Positions 23,823 through 32,238 of a DNA stretch of 37,662 nt are shown here, in pieces (positions within the stretch are counted from its first letter, which is position 1; each line of letters starts with the position of its first letter). The notes beneath the pieces are model-generated. The model did not search any database, was not told the origin of the DNA, and saw only the letters and a program-made list of their open reading frames with translations. A program made the position numbers and the translations under genes. Origin of the DNA: Patescibacteria group bacterium (GTDB taxonomy: Archaea > Nanobdellota > Nanobdellia > Pacearchaeales > GW2011-AR1); contig JBNMFJ010000002.1 of the NCBI GenBank assembly GCA_051269935.1, positions 1 to 37,662 of the forward strand, read 5' to 3'.

Positions 23823-26564
23823 TTATTTATCAGCTAATTTTTGTAATAGATTTTTAATGTCGTTCATTTCGTTTTCTAGTTTTTCAATTTTACTTTTTTC
23901 TGGTGTTTGAGGAATGTATTCTTCTACTTTTGGACTTTGTGTTGTAAATTGATTATATTCTCCGGTAGTCTTTTTGATATCTTCACATAGGATATCGTTT
24001 TCAATTGGGTATCTTATCTCTTGAATATTCTCTTGAATATGTGGGTTTGGGTTTGGATAAGATTCTTCTTTTTCTTCTGTTATTCTGTCAAGATTGTCTG
24101 TGATTATTGCTTCGGCCGGTTTTTGTTCTTCGATATGGGTGATTACATCGCTTCCTATGTTATCTTCTTGTTCTATTTTTTGCATGATGTTTTTTGCATT
24201 GCGTAAGACTTCTTGTGGGATTCCTGCTAGTTTTGCTACTTGTATACCATAGCTTTTGTTAGTTCCTCCTTTTAGTATTTTTCTTAGGAATATTATTTTT
24301 TCGTCATTTTCTTCTACTGCTATATTATAGTTTTGGATTCCTTCAAAAATACTACTCATATTGTTAAGGTGATGGTAATGTGTTGCGAAGAGAGTTTTAC
24401 ATTTAATGTTATTATTAAGATGCTGAGTTATTGCCCAGGCGAGGCTTACTCCGTCAAAGGTTGAGGTTCCTCTTCCAATCTCGTCTAAGATGACTAATGA
24501 TTGGTCGGTTGCATTGTTTAGTATGTTTGCTGTTTCGTTCATTTCTACCATAAAGGTTGATTGATGATGGACTAGATCGTCGTAAGCCCCGATTCTTGAA
24601 AATACTCGATCTACTATTGATATGTTTGCGTATTGGGCTGGGACGAAGGAACCCATTTGAGCCATTAATGAAATTAGTGCTGTTTGTCTTAGGTAGGTAG
24701 ATTTTCCTGCCATGTTTGGGCCCGTGATTAACATTGTTCTATTACTATTTTCTGCTTTGTAATCATTTGTAATAAAGTCGATATCACTGAATGCTTCGAT
24801 TACTGGATGTCTTGCATCGACTACATCAAATGTTGAGTTTTCATTAAGGTAAGGCTTTGTATAGTTTCTTTCTTGAGCTATGGTTGCGAAGGAGACTATA
24901 CAGTCAAGTACTGCTAATTTTTTTGCGGTTTCTTGGATTGGGATTGTGAATTCAGTTATCTTGTTTATGATTTCAAAAAATAACTCTTGTTCTAATTCAA
25001 AAATTCTCTCTTGTGCGGAGAGTATTTTGCTTTCGAGTTCTTTTAATTCTTCTGTGATGAATCGTTCAGAGTTTACCTGAGACTGTTTTCTTATAAAATG
25101 TTCAGGGACTAAATGAAGATTGCTTTTGGTGATTTCAATGAAGTATCCAATTACTTTATTATATCTTATTTTTAATGTTTTTATTCCGCTATTTTCTTTT
25201 TCTTTTTCTTCTAATTCGGCGAGATATGTTTTTGCATCTATTGTTAAATTTCGTAATTCGTCTAGTTCTAAATTGTATCCCGTTCTGATTATGTTTCCTT
25301 CTCTGATTATTATTGCTGGTTCATTCTTGATGGATCTTTCTATTAATTCTGCTGGTTCATTTAGATCTGGTATATCTGCTATATTTTGTAATAATTCTGC
25401 ATTGGTGTTATCTAGTTGGCTTTTAATTTTTGGTATATGCTTGAGGGAGGTTTTTAGGGCAACTAGGTCTTTAGGATTTGCATTCCCATATGAGACTCTT
25501 CCGATTAGTCTTTCCATGTCATATATGTTTCTTAGTTCTTCTGTGATATCTTGTCTTTGGATTATTTTTTCTTTTAATTCGTGAACTGCAGTTAATCTAC
25601 TTTCTATTATTTTCTTATTTATTAGGGGGGAAATTATCCATTTTTTAATTAATCTTTTTCCCATTGGAGTTGTTGTTTTATCTAGAACTGAAAGTAATGT
25701 GGCTTCTTCGGTTTTGCTATTTAGATTTTGTAATAATTCTAAATTTTTGATTGTGGCGTTATCTAAGAACATTACGTCATCGATTATATATTCTTTGATT
25801 GTATTTATATGGCTTAGGGAATTCATTTGAGTTTTTTTAAGGTATGATAATAGACCTGATGCGGTGCTTATTTGGGAGTTGGAGTTTATACCAAAGCCTT
25901 CTAGGTTTAATACGTCAAAATGGTTGATGAGACTTTCTTTGGCAAATGTTAATTCGAAAAATCTTTCGTCTATTTCATTTATTGGGAATTTCCTTTCTTG
26001 TAGATGTTTGAGGATTTCGCTATTTTCTAGTGAGGTTGGATAGATAATTTCTGAGGGGTTTATTCGTTTTATTTCATCCATTGCGTGTTCTTCTTTTAGA
26101 TCTGCGGTGAGAAACTCTCCGGTTGAAATATCACAGAATGCTATTGAGATTGTTTTGTCACTTTTTTTGATTGCTAATATATAGTTGTTTTTTTCTTTTT
26201 CTAGGATTGATGCATCGATTGCTGTTCCGGGTGTGATTATTCTGACGAGTTCTCTTTTTACTAACCCAATTGCTTTCTTGGGATCTTCAGTTTGTTCGAC
26301 CATTCCAACCTTATAGCCCTTTTTTACTAATTTTGCGATGTAGGGTTCAATGGCATGATAAGGGATTCCGGCTAGTGGTGCTGCTGATTCTGCCTTTCCT
26401 CTGGAGGTTAATGTTATTTCTAGTTCTCTGGCAATTAACTTTGCGTCATCGAAGAATGTTTCGTAGAAATCACCCATTCGAAATAGGATTATGCAGTCTG
26501 GATTTTTGTTCTTAATATCCATATATTGCTGCATTCCGGGAGTTAATTTGATTGTGTCCACCAT
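23823..26564 (-). CDS. mutS: DNA mismatch repair protein MutS (bacterial MutS1 type)
   Basis: Has MQQYMDIKNKNPDCIILFRMGDFYETFFDDA (mismatch-binding Phe-x-Glu), Walker A GPNMAGKST, LVILDEIGRGTSTFDG and THYH. A roughly 100-aa low-complexity C-terminal tail follows. Confidence 0.95.
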   Translation of the reverse strand: MVDTIKLTPGMQQYMDIKNKNPDCIILFRMGDFYETFFDDAKLIARELEITLTSRGKAESAAPLAGIPYHAIEPYIAKLVKKGYKVGMVEQTEDPKKAIGLVKRELVRIITPGTAIDASILEKEKNNYILAIKKSDKTISIAFCDISTGEFLTADLKEEHAMDEIKRINPSEIIYPTSLENSEILKHLQERKFPINEIDERFFELTFAKESLINHFDVLNLEGFGINSNSQISTASGLLSYLKKTQMNSLSHINTIKEYIIDDVMFLDNATIKNLELLQNLNSKTEEATLLSVLDKTTTPMGKRLIKKWIISPLINKKIIESRLTAVHELKEKIIQRQDITEELRNIYDMERLIGRVSYGNANPKDLVALKTSLKHIPKIKSQLDNTNAELLQNIADIPDLNEPAELIERSIKNEPAIIIREGNIIRTGYNLELDELRNLTIDAKTYLAELEEKEKENSGIKTLKIRYNKVIGYFIEITKSNLHLVPEHFIRKQSQVNSERFITEELKELESKILSAQERIFELEQELFFEIINKITEFTIPIQETAKKLAVLDCIVSFATIAQERNYTKPYLNENSTFDVVDARHPVIEAFSDIDFITNDYKAENSNRTMLITGPNMAGKSTYLRQTALISLMAQMGSFVPAQYANISIVDRVFSRIGAYDDLVHHQSTFMVEMNETANILNNATDQSLVILDEIGRGTSTFDGVSLAWAITQHLNNNIKCKTLFATHYHHLNNMSSIFEGIQNYNIAVEENDEKIIFLRKILKGGTNKSYGIQVAKLAGIPQEVLRNAKNIMQKIEQEDNIGSDVITHIEEQKPAEAIITDNLDRITEEKEESYPNPNPHIQENIQEIRYPIENDILCEDIKKTTGEYNQFTTQSPKVEEYIPQTPEKSKIEKLENEMNDIKNLLQKLADK

Positions 26565-26587
26565 CTGCTTCTGTAGAGATATTTTGC

Positions 26588-26594
26588 TTTAAAA
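26588..26594 (-). promoter_or_regulatory. TATA box (minus strand TTTTAAA) for leaderless mutS
   Basis: The box is centred 27 nt upstream of ATG 26564, in the 49-nt gap after xth. Confidence 0.5.
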
Positions 26595-26613
26595 CTATTA
26601 TTGCAGTCGAGAT

Positions 26614-27375
26614 TCACTTTAATTCTAATAATACTGGGCAATGGTCTGATCCTAATACTTGATCTAATATTTTTGCGTCTTTGATTTGCTTTTCTAGTTT
26701 TTTGTCTACGCAGAAATAGTCGATTCGCCAGCCTACGTTTCTGTCTCGGGATTTGAACATATAGCTCCACCAGGAATATTGTATTTTCTCAGGGTTTATC
26801 TTTCGATAAGTATCTATGTATCCTGCTTTTAGTATGTCATCGAATCTTTCTCGTTCTTTGTCTGTGAATCCTGCACTTCCTGGGTTTTTTGCTGTTGTTT
26901 TATTTGAGGTTGCTCGAGCAATATCTATTTCTGTGTGGGCGACGTTAAGATCTCCACAGAAGATTACTGGTTTGTCTAATTCTTTTACGAATTTTAGGAA
27001 TGCTTTGTCCCATTGCTCATATCTGAAGTCTAATCTTTCTAATGCTCTTTTTGAATTTGGTGTATATACTGTTACGAGATAATGGTCATCGAACTCAACT
27101 GTTACAACTCTTCCTTCTTCATCAATTAGTCCTATTCCATATTTTACTGAGAGTGGTTTTATTTTTGAGAATACTGCTGTGCCTGAATAGCCTTTTCGTT
27201 CTGCTGGGTTCCAAAAGTGATGTTCGTACATAGAGAGATCGATGTCTACCTGTTCTGGGTGAGCTTTAATTTCTTGGAGGCAAATCACGTCGGGGCTTTC
27301 TTCCTTCACAAAGTCGACAAATCCTTTTTTTTGGCAAGCCCTAATTCCATTTACATTCCATGAGACATATTTCAT
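26614..27375 (-). CDS. xth: Exodeoxyribonuclease III (AP endonuclease, Xth/ExoIII family)
   Basis: Contains [22 protein letters not shown] and the C-terminal SDHCPV motif. A CTTATAAA box (27397-27404) lies 25-26 nt upstream of the ATG. Confidence 0.9.
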   Translation of the reverse strand: MKYVSWNVNGIRACQKKGFVDFVKEESPDVICLQEIKAHPEQVDIDLSMYEHHFWNPAERKGYSGTAVFSKIKPLSVKYGIGLIDEEGRVVTVEFDDHYLVTVYTPNSKRALERLDFRYEQWDKAFLKFVKELDKPVIFCGDLNVAHTEIDIARATSNKTTAKNPGSAGFTDKERERFDDILKAGYIDTYRKINPEKIQYSWWSYMFKSRDRNVGWRIDYFCVDKKLEKQIKDAKILDQVLGSDHCPVLLELK

Positions 27376-27405
27376 ATTTTAGGAATGCTTATGATGTTTA
27401 TAAGT

Positions 27406-29205
27406 TTAGTCTTGGATGAATCCACCTTTTTGGAAATCCCAGAGTTTCTTATATTCTCCACCCTGGGTTATAAGTTCTCTGTGGTTTCCTTTTTGGATAA
27501 CTTTTCCATCTTGCATTACTACTATTATATCAGCGTTCATTATGGTTGATAATCTATGAGCTATTATGATTGTTGTTCTGTTTTTCATTAGATCTTCTAA
27601 ATCCTTTTGTATTTCAAATTCAGTCTCTGAATCAAGGGCAGATGTTGCCTCGTCTAGGACAAGGATTCTTTTATTTGCTAATAATGCTCTTGCGATTGAT
27701 ACTCTCTGTTTTTGTCCACCAGATAATTTTATTCCCCTTTCGCCTACAATAGTATCTTTCTTTTTGGGTAGCTTGGCTATTACTTTATCTAATTGAGCAA
27801 ACTTAATTGCATTGTTTATTTCTTCTTCTGTTGCGTCTGGTTTACTAAACTTAATATTATTGTATATGGTGTCATCGAACAAGACGGGTTCTTGTGATAC
27901 GATTGCCATTTCTCCTCTAAGAGACTCTTGTTGTATATCCTTGATGTTTTGGCCATCTATTATGATGTCTCCTTTTTGAGTATCAAAGAGTCTATAGAGT
28001 AGTTTGACTACTGTTGTTTTTCCTGATCCTGAATGACCAACTAGTGCTACTTTCTTACCTGAAGGAATTGTTAAATTAAACTTACTAAATACATGTTCTC
28101 CCTTTGGATAGGTGAAGTCTATATTCTTGAACTCTACTTTTCCCTTACTTAGGCTAATTGGTTTTGCGTTTTTCTTTTCTTTAACACTATTTGTGTATTT
28201 TTTGTATTCAAGTAAACTTTCTAAGTCGGTCATGTTTCGATAGAATCCTCTAATTCCATGGGTAAATCCGTAGAGTGCGTTTAGGTATCCTAGGTATGCA
28301 GTGTAGATAAATGAGACCGTACCTATTGTTCCTTGTCCGTTGATGAAATCGATTAAGGGATAATAAATTATAAGGATTGTTCCGATATTTACAATTAGGC
28401 TTTGGTAACCATCCATTGTTCTATACCATCTCCAATAGCTGATTGCTTTGTTTTTTGTTTTTGTTGAGAGGTCTGCGTATTTTTCTTTTATTTTTTCGTC
28501 TTTTCCAAAGTATTTTATTGATTCGATATTTGTAAAGAAGTCAGCCATATTTCCTCTTTCGAGATCTTCTGTATCATTAAATATTTCTTTTGCTGCTCGT
28601 TGTTTTTGTTGTATGAATATTGTTAATACAATGAATGCAGTACTTGTTATTACTAATACTATTGCTGTTTTCATGTTAAAGAATGTAAATGAAATACTGG
28701 TAATTATTATTTGAATAATGAGGGGTGCTATTGAGAATGCGAATGTGTCGGTTAGTCCCTCCATTGCTCCACTTCCTCTATTTAGCTTAGAAATTATACT
28801 TCCAGTTTTATGAGTTGCATGGAAGTTATGATCTAATGATATTATATGATTAAAAAATATTTTCTTTACTTTTAATATAACTCTAGAGTCTAAAGCAATT
28901 AATACTGTATGTTTACATATCTTTAGAACGATTCTTCCGATGGTGAATAGTATAAAGATAAGGATCAGTATTTGCATATAATCTGTGAATTCTGCGGTTG
29001 TGATTGTTTTACTTGTAAATTCGGCTCCGGAATCTATTATTTCTTTAAATATTAACTTAGGTATTAATGTTAGAGTTTCAAGTAACGCAGTTATCACTAT
29101 AAGTAAGATAAATAGCCATTTGTATTCTGCTATTATTCTAAAATATTCTTTGATATTTTTCTTGAAATTGTTTTTTGCTTTTTTAGCCATTTTACAAAGA
29201 AACAT
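27406..29205 (-). CDS. ABC exporter, fused permease/ATPase (MsbA/ABCB-like)
   Basis: A six-helix TMD is followed by Walker A GHSGSGKTT, the signature LSGGQKQR and Walker B ILVLDEATSALD. A TATATATATAAG box (29227-29238) is centred about 27 nt upstream of ATG 29205. Confidence 0.9.
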   Translation of the reverse strand: MFLCKMAKKAKNNFKKNIKEYFRIIAEYKWLFILLIVITALLETLTLIPKLIFKEIIDSGAEFTSKTITTAEFTDYMQILILIFILFTIGRIVLKICKHTVLIALDSRVILKVKKIFFNHIISLDHNFHATHKTGSIISKLNRGSGAMEGLTDTFAFSIAPLIIQIIITSISFTFFNMKTAIVLVITSTAFIVLTIFIQQKQRAAKEIFNDTEDLERGNMADFFTNIESIKYFGKDEKIKEKYADLSTKTKNKAISYWRWYRTMDGYQSLIVNIGTILIIYYPLIDFINGQGTIGTVSFIYTAYLGYLNALYGFTHGIRGFYRNMTDLESLLEYKKYTNSVKEKKNAKPISLSKGKVEFKNIDFTYPKGEHVFSKFNLTIPSGKKVALVGHSGSGKTTVVKLLYRLFDTQKGDIIIDGQNIKDIQQESLRGEMAIVSQEPVLFDDTIYNNIKFSKPDATEEEINNAIKFAQLDKVIAKLPKKKDTIVGERGIKLSGGQKQRVSIARALLANKRILVLDEATSALDSETEFEIQKDLEDLMKNRTTIIIAHRLSTIMNADIIVVMQDGKVIQKGNHRELITQGGEYKKLWDFQKGGFIQD

Positions 29206-29297
29206 AGAAGATACTATTGGGTCTCCTATATATATAAGATATGAATTTTATTATATAAATGTTACTTCTAAAAATGAGATTGTTTCATTGGCTAAGC

Positions 29298-29305
29298 TTT
29301 AAAAG
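29298..29305 (+). promoter_or_regulatory. TATA box (TTTAAAAG) for leaderless dph2
   Basis: The box is centred 25-26 nt upstream of ATG 29327. Confidence 0.55.
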
Positions 29306-29326
29306 TGTGTTTTTCGGTTTTAATTT

Positions 29327-29593
29327 ATGTTTGAGTTAGAAATGGAACGTGTTGTGAAAGAAGTACTCGAAAGAAAACCTAAGAAGGTTTTGATTCAATT
29401 GCCGGATGGTTTGAAGACGCAGGCGGCTGTTATTGCTCGTGAGTTAGAATCTAAGACTGGTGCATCTGTAATTATTTGGTTCTCTTCATGTTTTGGTGCT
29501 TGTGATTTGCCATTAGGATTAGATGTGTTAGGTATTGATTTAATGGTTCAATGGGGTCATAATAGATATCATAAAGAAAAGGAGATTTGGTAA
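29327..29593 (+). CDS. dph2: Diphthamide synthase Dph2, N-terminal fragment (domain 1)
   Basis: VLIQLPDGLK and SSCFGACD (first Fe-S Cys) followed by WGH match the N-terminal third of archaeal Dph2. It stops after KEKEIW, in the linker before domain 2. Confidence 0.8.
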   Translation: MFELEMERVVKEVLERKPKKVLIQLPDGLKTQAAVIARELESKTGASVIIWFSSCFGACDLPLGLDVLGIDLMVQWGHNRYHKEKEIW

Positions 29594-29631
29594 TGGTTAA
29601 TGTAATGGTTTTTATTGGAGGTGCTTTTTAA
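29593..29631 (+). other. 12-codon bridging mini-ORF (MVNVMVFIGGAF) joined by TAATG overlaps to both dph2 fragments
   Basis: Its ATG shares one base with the TAA stop of fragment 1, and its TAA stop shares one base with the ATG of fragment 2. The sequence is a degenerate tandem copy of the first 11 codons of fragment 2 (MVQMIFIDGKF). It contains GGAGGTG (29617-29623), 7 nt before ATG 29631. Confidence 0.35.
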
Positions 29632-30377
29632 TGGTTCAGATGATTTTTATTGATGGTAAGTTTAGTCATGAGATTAAATTAAGCGATGAAACGATTACGT
29701 ACTTGAAGGATAAGAATGTTAAGAGTGTTGCTTTGTTTGCTTCAGTTCAGTTCTTGGCTTTGGATGATGTGAAGGCTCAGCTTGCTGAGTTAGGTATTGA
29801 GGTAAAGCTTACTAAGGCTAAACGTACTCATGCTATTGGTCAGATCTTGGGATGTGATGCGTATCATGATAGCTTGGAAGAGGATATTATTTCTACATCT
29901 GATCTTGCTATGTATGTTGGTGATGGGATGTTTCATCCTAAGGCTTTGTTGCTCTCTCAAATTTACAATAAAGAGATTAAACCGATTGTTATTTTTGACC
30001 CTACGATTAACGGGATGAGGATTATTGATACTAGTGATGTTATTGCTCAGATTAAAAAGATTCGGGCAAATATTATGCGGTTCTTACTGGCTGATACTAT
30101 TGGTATTTTGGTGACGGTTAAACCTGGGCAACAGTATTTACATTTGGCTGAGAGGTTAAAGAAAAAATTAGAAGAGAAGGGTAAGGAAGTCTTTATTTTT
30201 ATGGATGAGACTTTACGGGTTGATTTACTTGAGAACTTTCCGTTTATTGATACTTGGGTGAATACTGCTTGTCCCCGAATTGGCACTGATGATATTACAA
30301 CTATTGTTAAGCCGCTTTTGAATATTCGTGAGGCTCTGGAGCCTGAGAAGAGTTTAGAGAATTTGTATACAGAGTGA
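29631..30377 (+). CDS. dph2: Diphthamide synthase Dph2, C-terminal fragment (domains 2-3)
   Basis: GQILGCDAY (second Fe-S Cys) and WVNTACPRIG (third Fe-S Cys) match archaeal Dph2 domains 2 and 3. It lies in a different frame from fragment 1. Confidence 0.85.
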   Translation: MVQMIFIDGKFSHEIKLSDETITYLKDKNVKSVALFASVQFLALDDVKAQLAELGIEVKLTKAKRTHAIGQILGCDAYHDSLEEDIISTSDLAMYVGDGMFHPKALLLSQIYNKEIKPIVIFDPTINGMRIIDTSDVIAQIKKIRANIMRFLLADTIGILVTVKPGQQYLHLAERLKKKLEEKGKEVFIFMDETLRVDLLENFPFIDTWVNTACPRIGTDDITTIVKPLLNIREALEPEKSLENLYTE

Positions 30378-30388
30378 AAATAGTTGAA

Positions 30389-30396
30389 TTTATAAA
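30389..30396 (+). promoter_or_regulatory. TATA box (TTTATAAA) for the FNR-like gene
   Basis: The box is centred 25-26 nt upstream of ATG 30418. Confidence 0.5.
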
Positions 30397-30417
30397 TGAA
30401 TTTTTATTTTATGTATT

Positions 30418-31113
30418 ATGGCTTTTGAGAAATTTACTGGTGAGGTTGTAAATGTTGTTAGTGAGACTGCGGATGTGAAGATAATTAAGTTTACTTTAGA
30501 GGATGTTTTTGATTTTAAGCCTGGGCAGTTTGTTAATATGTATTTTGAGGGTGGGAAGGGCGAGGAAATTAAGCGGTCGTATTCTATTGCAAATAAGGTT
30601 GGTGATGATTTGATGCTTTGTATTAAGATTGTGCCTAATGGAGCTTGTTCTGGTCGTATTGATGCTTTAGAAAAAGGGGATGTTGCTACGCTTTCTGGAC
30701 CGTTTGGTCGGTTTGTTTTGAAAGATGTTCATACTGACTCGGTTATCTTTGCTGCGGGGACTGGTGTTGCTCCATTTATGTCTATGATTCCAACTATGTT
30801 GGAGGAAGGAGAGGGCAATATCTCTTTGGTTGTTGGGTATCGTAATGAGGGTGGTTTGATTTATGATAAGCAGTTTTTAGAATTGGTTAATTTGTATCCG
30901 GATCGTTTTATGTATCATGTTGTTCTTTCTCGTCCCGAGAAGGAATATTCTGATGTTGGTCATGTTCAGGATTTTATGGATGAATTTATTCCGGAAGGAT
31001 TTGCTGGTAATTTTTATATGTGTGGCTTGAAGGCTATGGTGTATGATGTTCGAGAGAAGTTAGAAGCAAAGGGTGTTGCGAAGGAAAAGATTATTTTTGA
31101 GAAGTATGATTAG
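30418..31113 (+). CDS. Ferredoxin-NADP reductase superfamily flavoprotein (FAD/NAD(P)-binding oxidoreductase, no Fe-S domain)
   Basis: Has RSYSIA (RxYS FAD motif), GPFGRF, AAGTGVAPFMSM (NAD(P) motif) and YMCGLKAM near the C-terminus. Confidence 0.85.
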   Translation: MAFEKFTGEVVNVVSETADVKIIKFTLEDVFDFKPGQFVNMYFEGGKGEEIKRSYSIANKVGDDLMLCIKIVPNGACSGRIDALEKGDVATLSGPFGRFVLKDVHTDSVIFAAGTGVAPFMSMIPTMLEEGEGNISLVVGYRNEGGLIYDKQFLELVNLYPDRFMYHVVLSRPEKEYSDVGHVQDFMDEFIPEGFAGNFYMCGLKAMVYDVREKLEAKGVAKEKIIFEKYD

Positions 31114-31114
31114 T

Positions 31115-31142
31115 CTTTACTGTCACTTGAGTGACAGTAAAG
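31115..31142. terminator. Perfect 12-bp hairpin between convergent genes
   Basis: The hairpin is CTTTACTGTCAC-ttga-GTGACAGTAAAG, starting 2 nt after the FNR-like stop. The convergent minus-strand gene stops at 31190. Confidence 0.4.
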
Positions 31143-31189
31143 CTTGTTGGAGATATTAGATTATTCTATGGTTTAATTTTTAGATGTAT

Positions 31190-31822
31190 TTATGCTGCAA
31201 GCTGGCTTGATTGGCTGTATTGCGGGTTTTTGAAATTGTCGGTTTTAATGAACTTTAATCCTTCTTCTTCTTTGTAGAGATTATCAAAGAAGTTTGTCTT
31301 TGCATAATTAATTGCTCGGTTAGTTACTTTATTATCAAATTTGCTTCTTCCTCGTTTGTAGTCTATTGCCTCTCCAACTCCGAATGGTGTATATGCAGCT
31401 ACTCTTGAAGTTAATGCTTCTGCTCCGATTAGTGATAAGTCTTTAACTTTTTCTCCAATAGAATTTGTTTTTGCGGATTTCATGTAATGAACTGAATCGA
31501 TTAGATCTGCTGCACTATTTGCTAAGAGTCCTGTTGTTTTATATGCTGCTGCAGCGATAGGACCTAGAGTATAGAATGTCCCTGTTCCCCAAGCGTTTGC
31601 TCCTGCACCTAATTTTCGTAATCCTGATGAAGCGTATCCTGAGATGCCTTGTTGCATATAGTCTTCGAGGTATATGTTATATGAATCTTCCAAGGATGAT
31701 CGTAATGTTCCGACCATATGTTTTTGATAATCAGTAGATGCGCCACTAAATTTTTCTTTTATACCTGAATCATTTTTTAATAGATCTTCAAGTTGGCTGT
31801 CAGTAAATGTGCTTCTCTTCAT
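31190..31822 (-). CDS. Hypothetical protein with Gly/Ala-rich hydrophobic core, unknown function
   Basis: 210-aa ORF starting 2 nt after the CBS gene stop. The central segment is GISGYASSGLRKLGAGANAWGTGTFYTLGPIAAAAYKTTGLLANSAADLI. No recognisable family. Confidence 0.6.
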   Translation of the reverse strand: MKRSTFTDSQLEDLLKNDSGIKEKFSGASTDYQKHMVGTLRSSLEDSYNIYLEDYMQQGISGYASSGLRKLGAGANAWGTGTFYTLGPIAAAAYKTTGLLANSAADLIDSVHYMKSAKTNSIGEKVKDLSLIGAEALTSRVAAYTPFGVGEAIDYKRGRSKFDNKVTNRAINYAKTNFFDNLYKEEEGLKFIKTDNFKNPQYSQSSQLAA

Positions 31823-31824
31823 TT

Positions 31825-32208
31825 TTATTTATCCTTACAATTGAGTAATAATTGGTGGGCTGTAATTATTCCTACCATCTTGTTATTTTGTGTTACAGGT
31901 GTAAACATGTGATTTTTTTCTTTTGCTTTCTCGGTGATTTGATCTACGTTGTCCTCTGTAGTTGCAATTAGGCCAACTTTACTCATGATGTCTTTTGCGG
32001 TTAATTCTGTTGGATTTTTACCTTCTGCAATTACTCGGTTGTTCATATCTGTTATGGAGATTATTCCTACTGGGTATTCATTTTCATCTAATACAAATAT
32101 ATGATTAAGGGTAATTATTTTTAATTTTTTAGCGATATCTATGATTGAATCATTCTCGTTACAAACGAATCTTTCTATTAAAATGCAATCTTTTATTTGT
32201 TTTTCCAT
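31825..32208 (-). CDS. Stand-alone CBS-domain pair protein
   Basis: 127 aa with two CBS-like repeats (...HIFVLDENEYPVGIISITDM... and ...FTPVTQNNKMVGIITAHQLL). An AAATTTAAAT box (32231-32240) lies about 27 nt upstream of the ATG. Confidence 0.85.
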   Translation of the reverse strand: MEKQIKDCILIERFVCNENDSIIDIAKKLKIITLNHIFVLDENEYPVGIISITDMNNRVIAEGKNPTELTAKDIMSKVGLIATTEDNVDQITEKAKEKNHMFTPVTQNNKMVGIITAHQLLLNCKDK

Positions 32209-32238
32209 GTTTTTTTATGTGAGTTTGGGTATTTAAAT

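Noticed and set aside
26543-26770. 75-aa Arg/Lys-rich ORF spanning the xth-mutS junction.
   Set aside because: It overlaps the well-supported xth C-terminus and the mutS start region, and the mutS TATA box lies inside it. The composition is an out-of-frame artefact.
29327-30377. Treating dph2 simply as a frameshifted pseudogene.
   Set aside because: Not fully excluded. However, the break is exactly at a domain linker, both parts keep all three Fe-S cysteines and are otherwise intact, and the junction has precise TAATG stop-start overlaps plus a GGAGGTG site. I therefore report it as a probable functional split, with read-level verification required.
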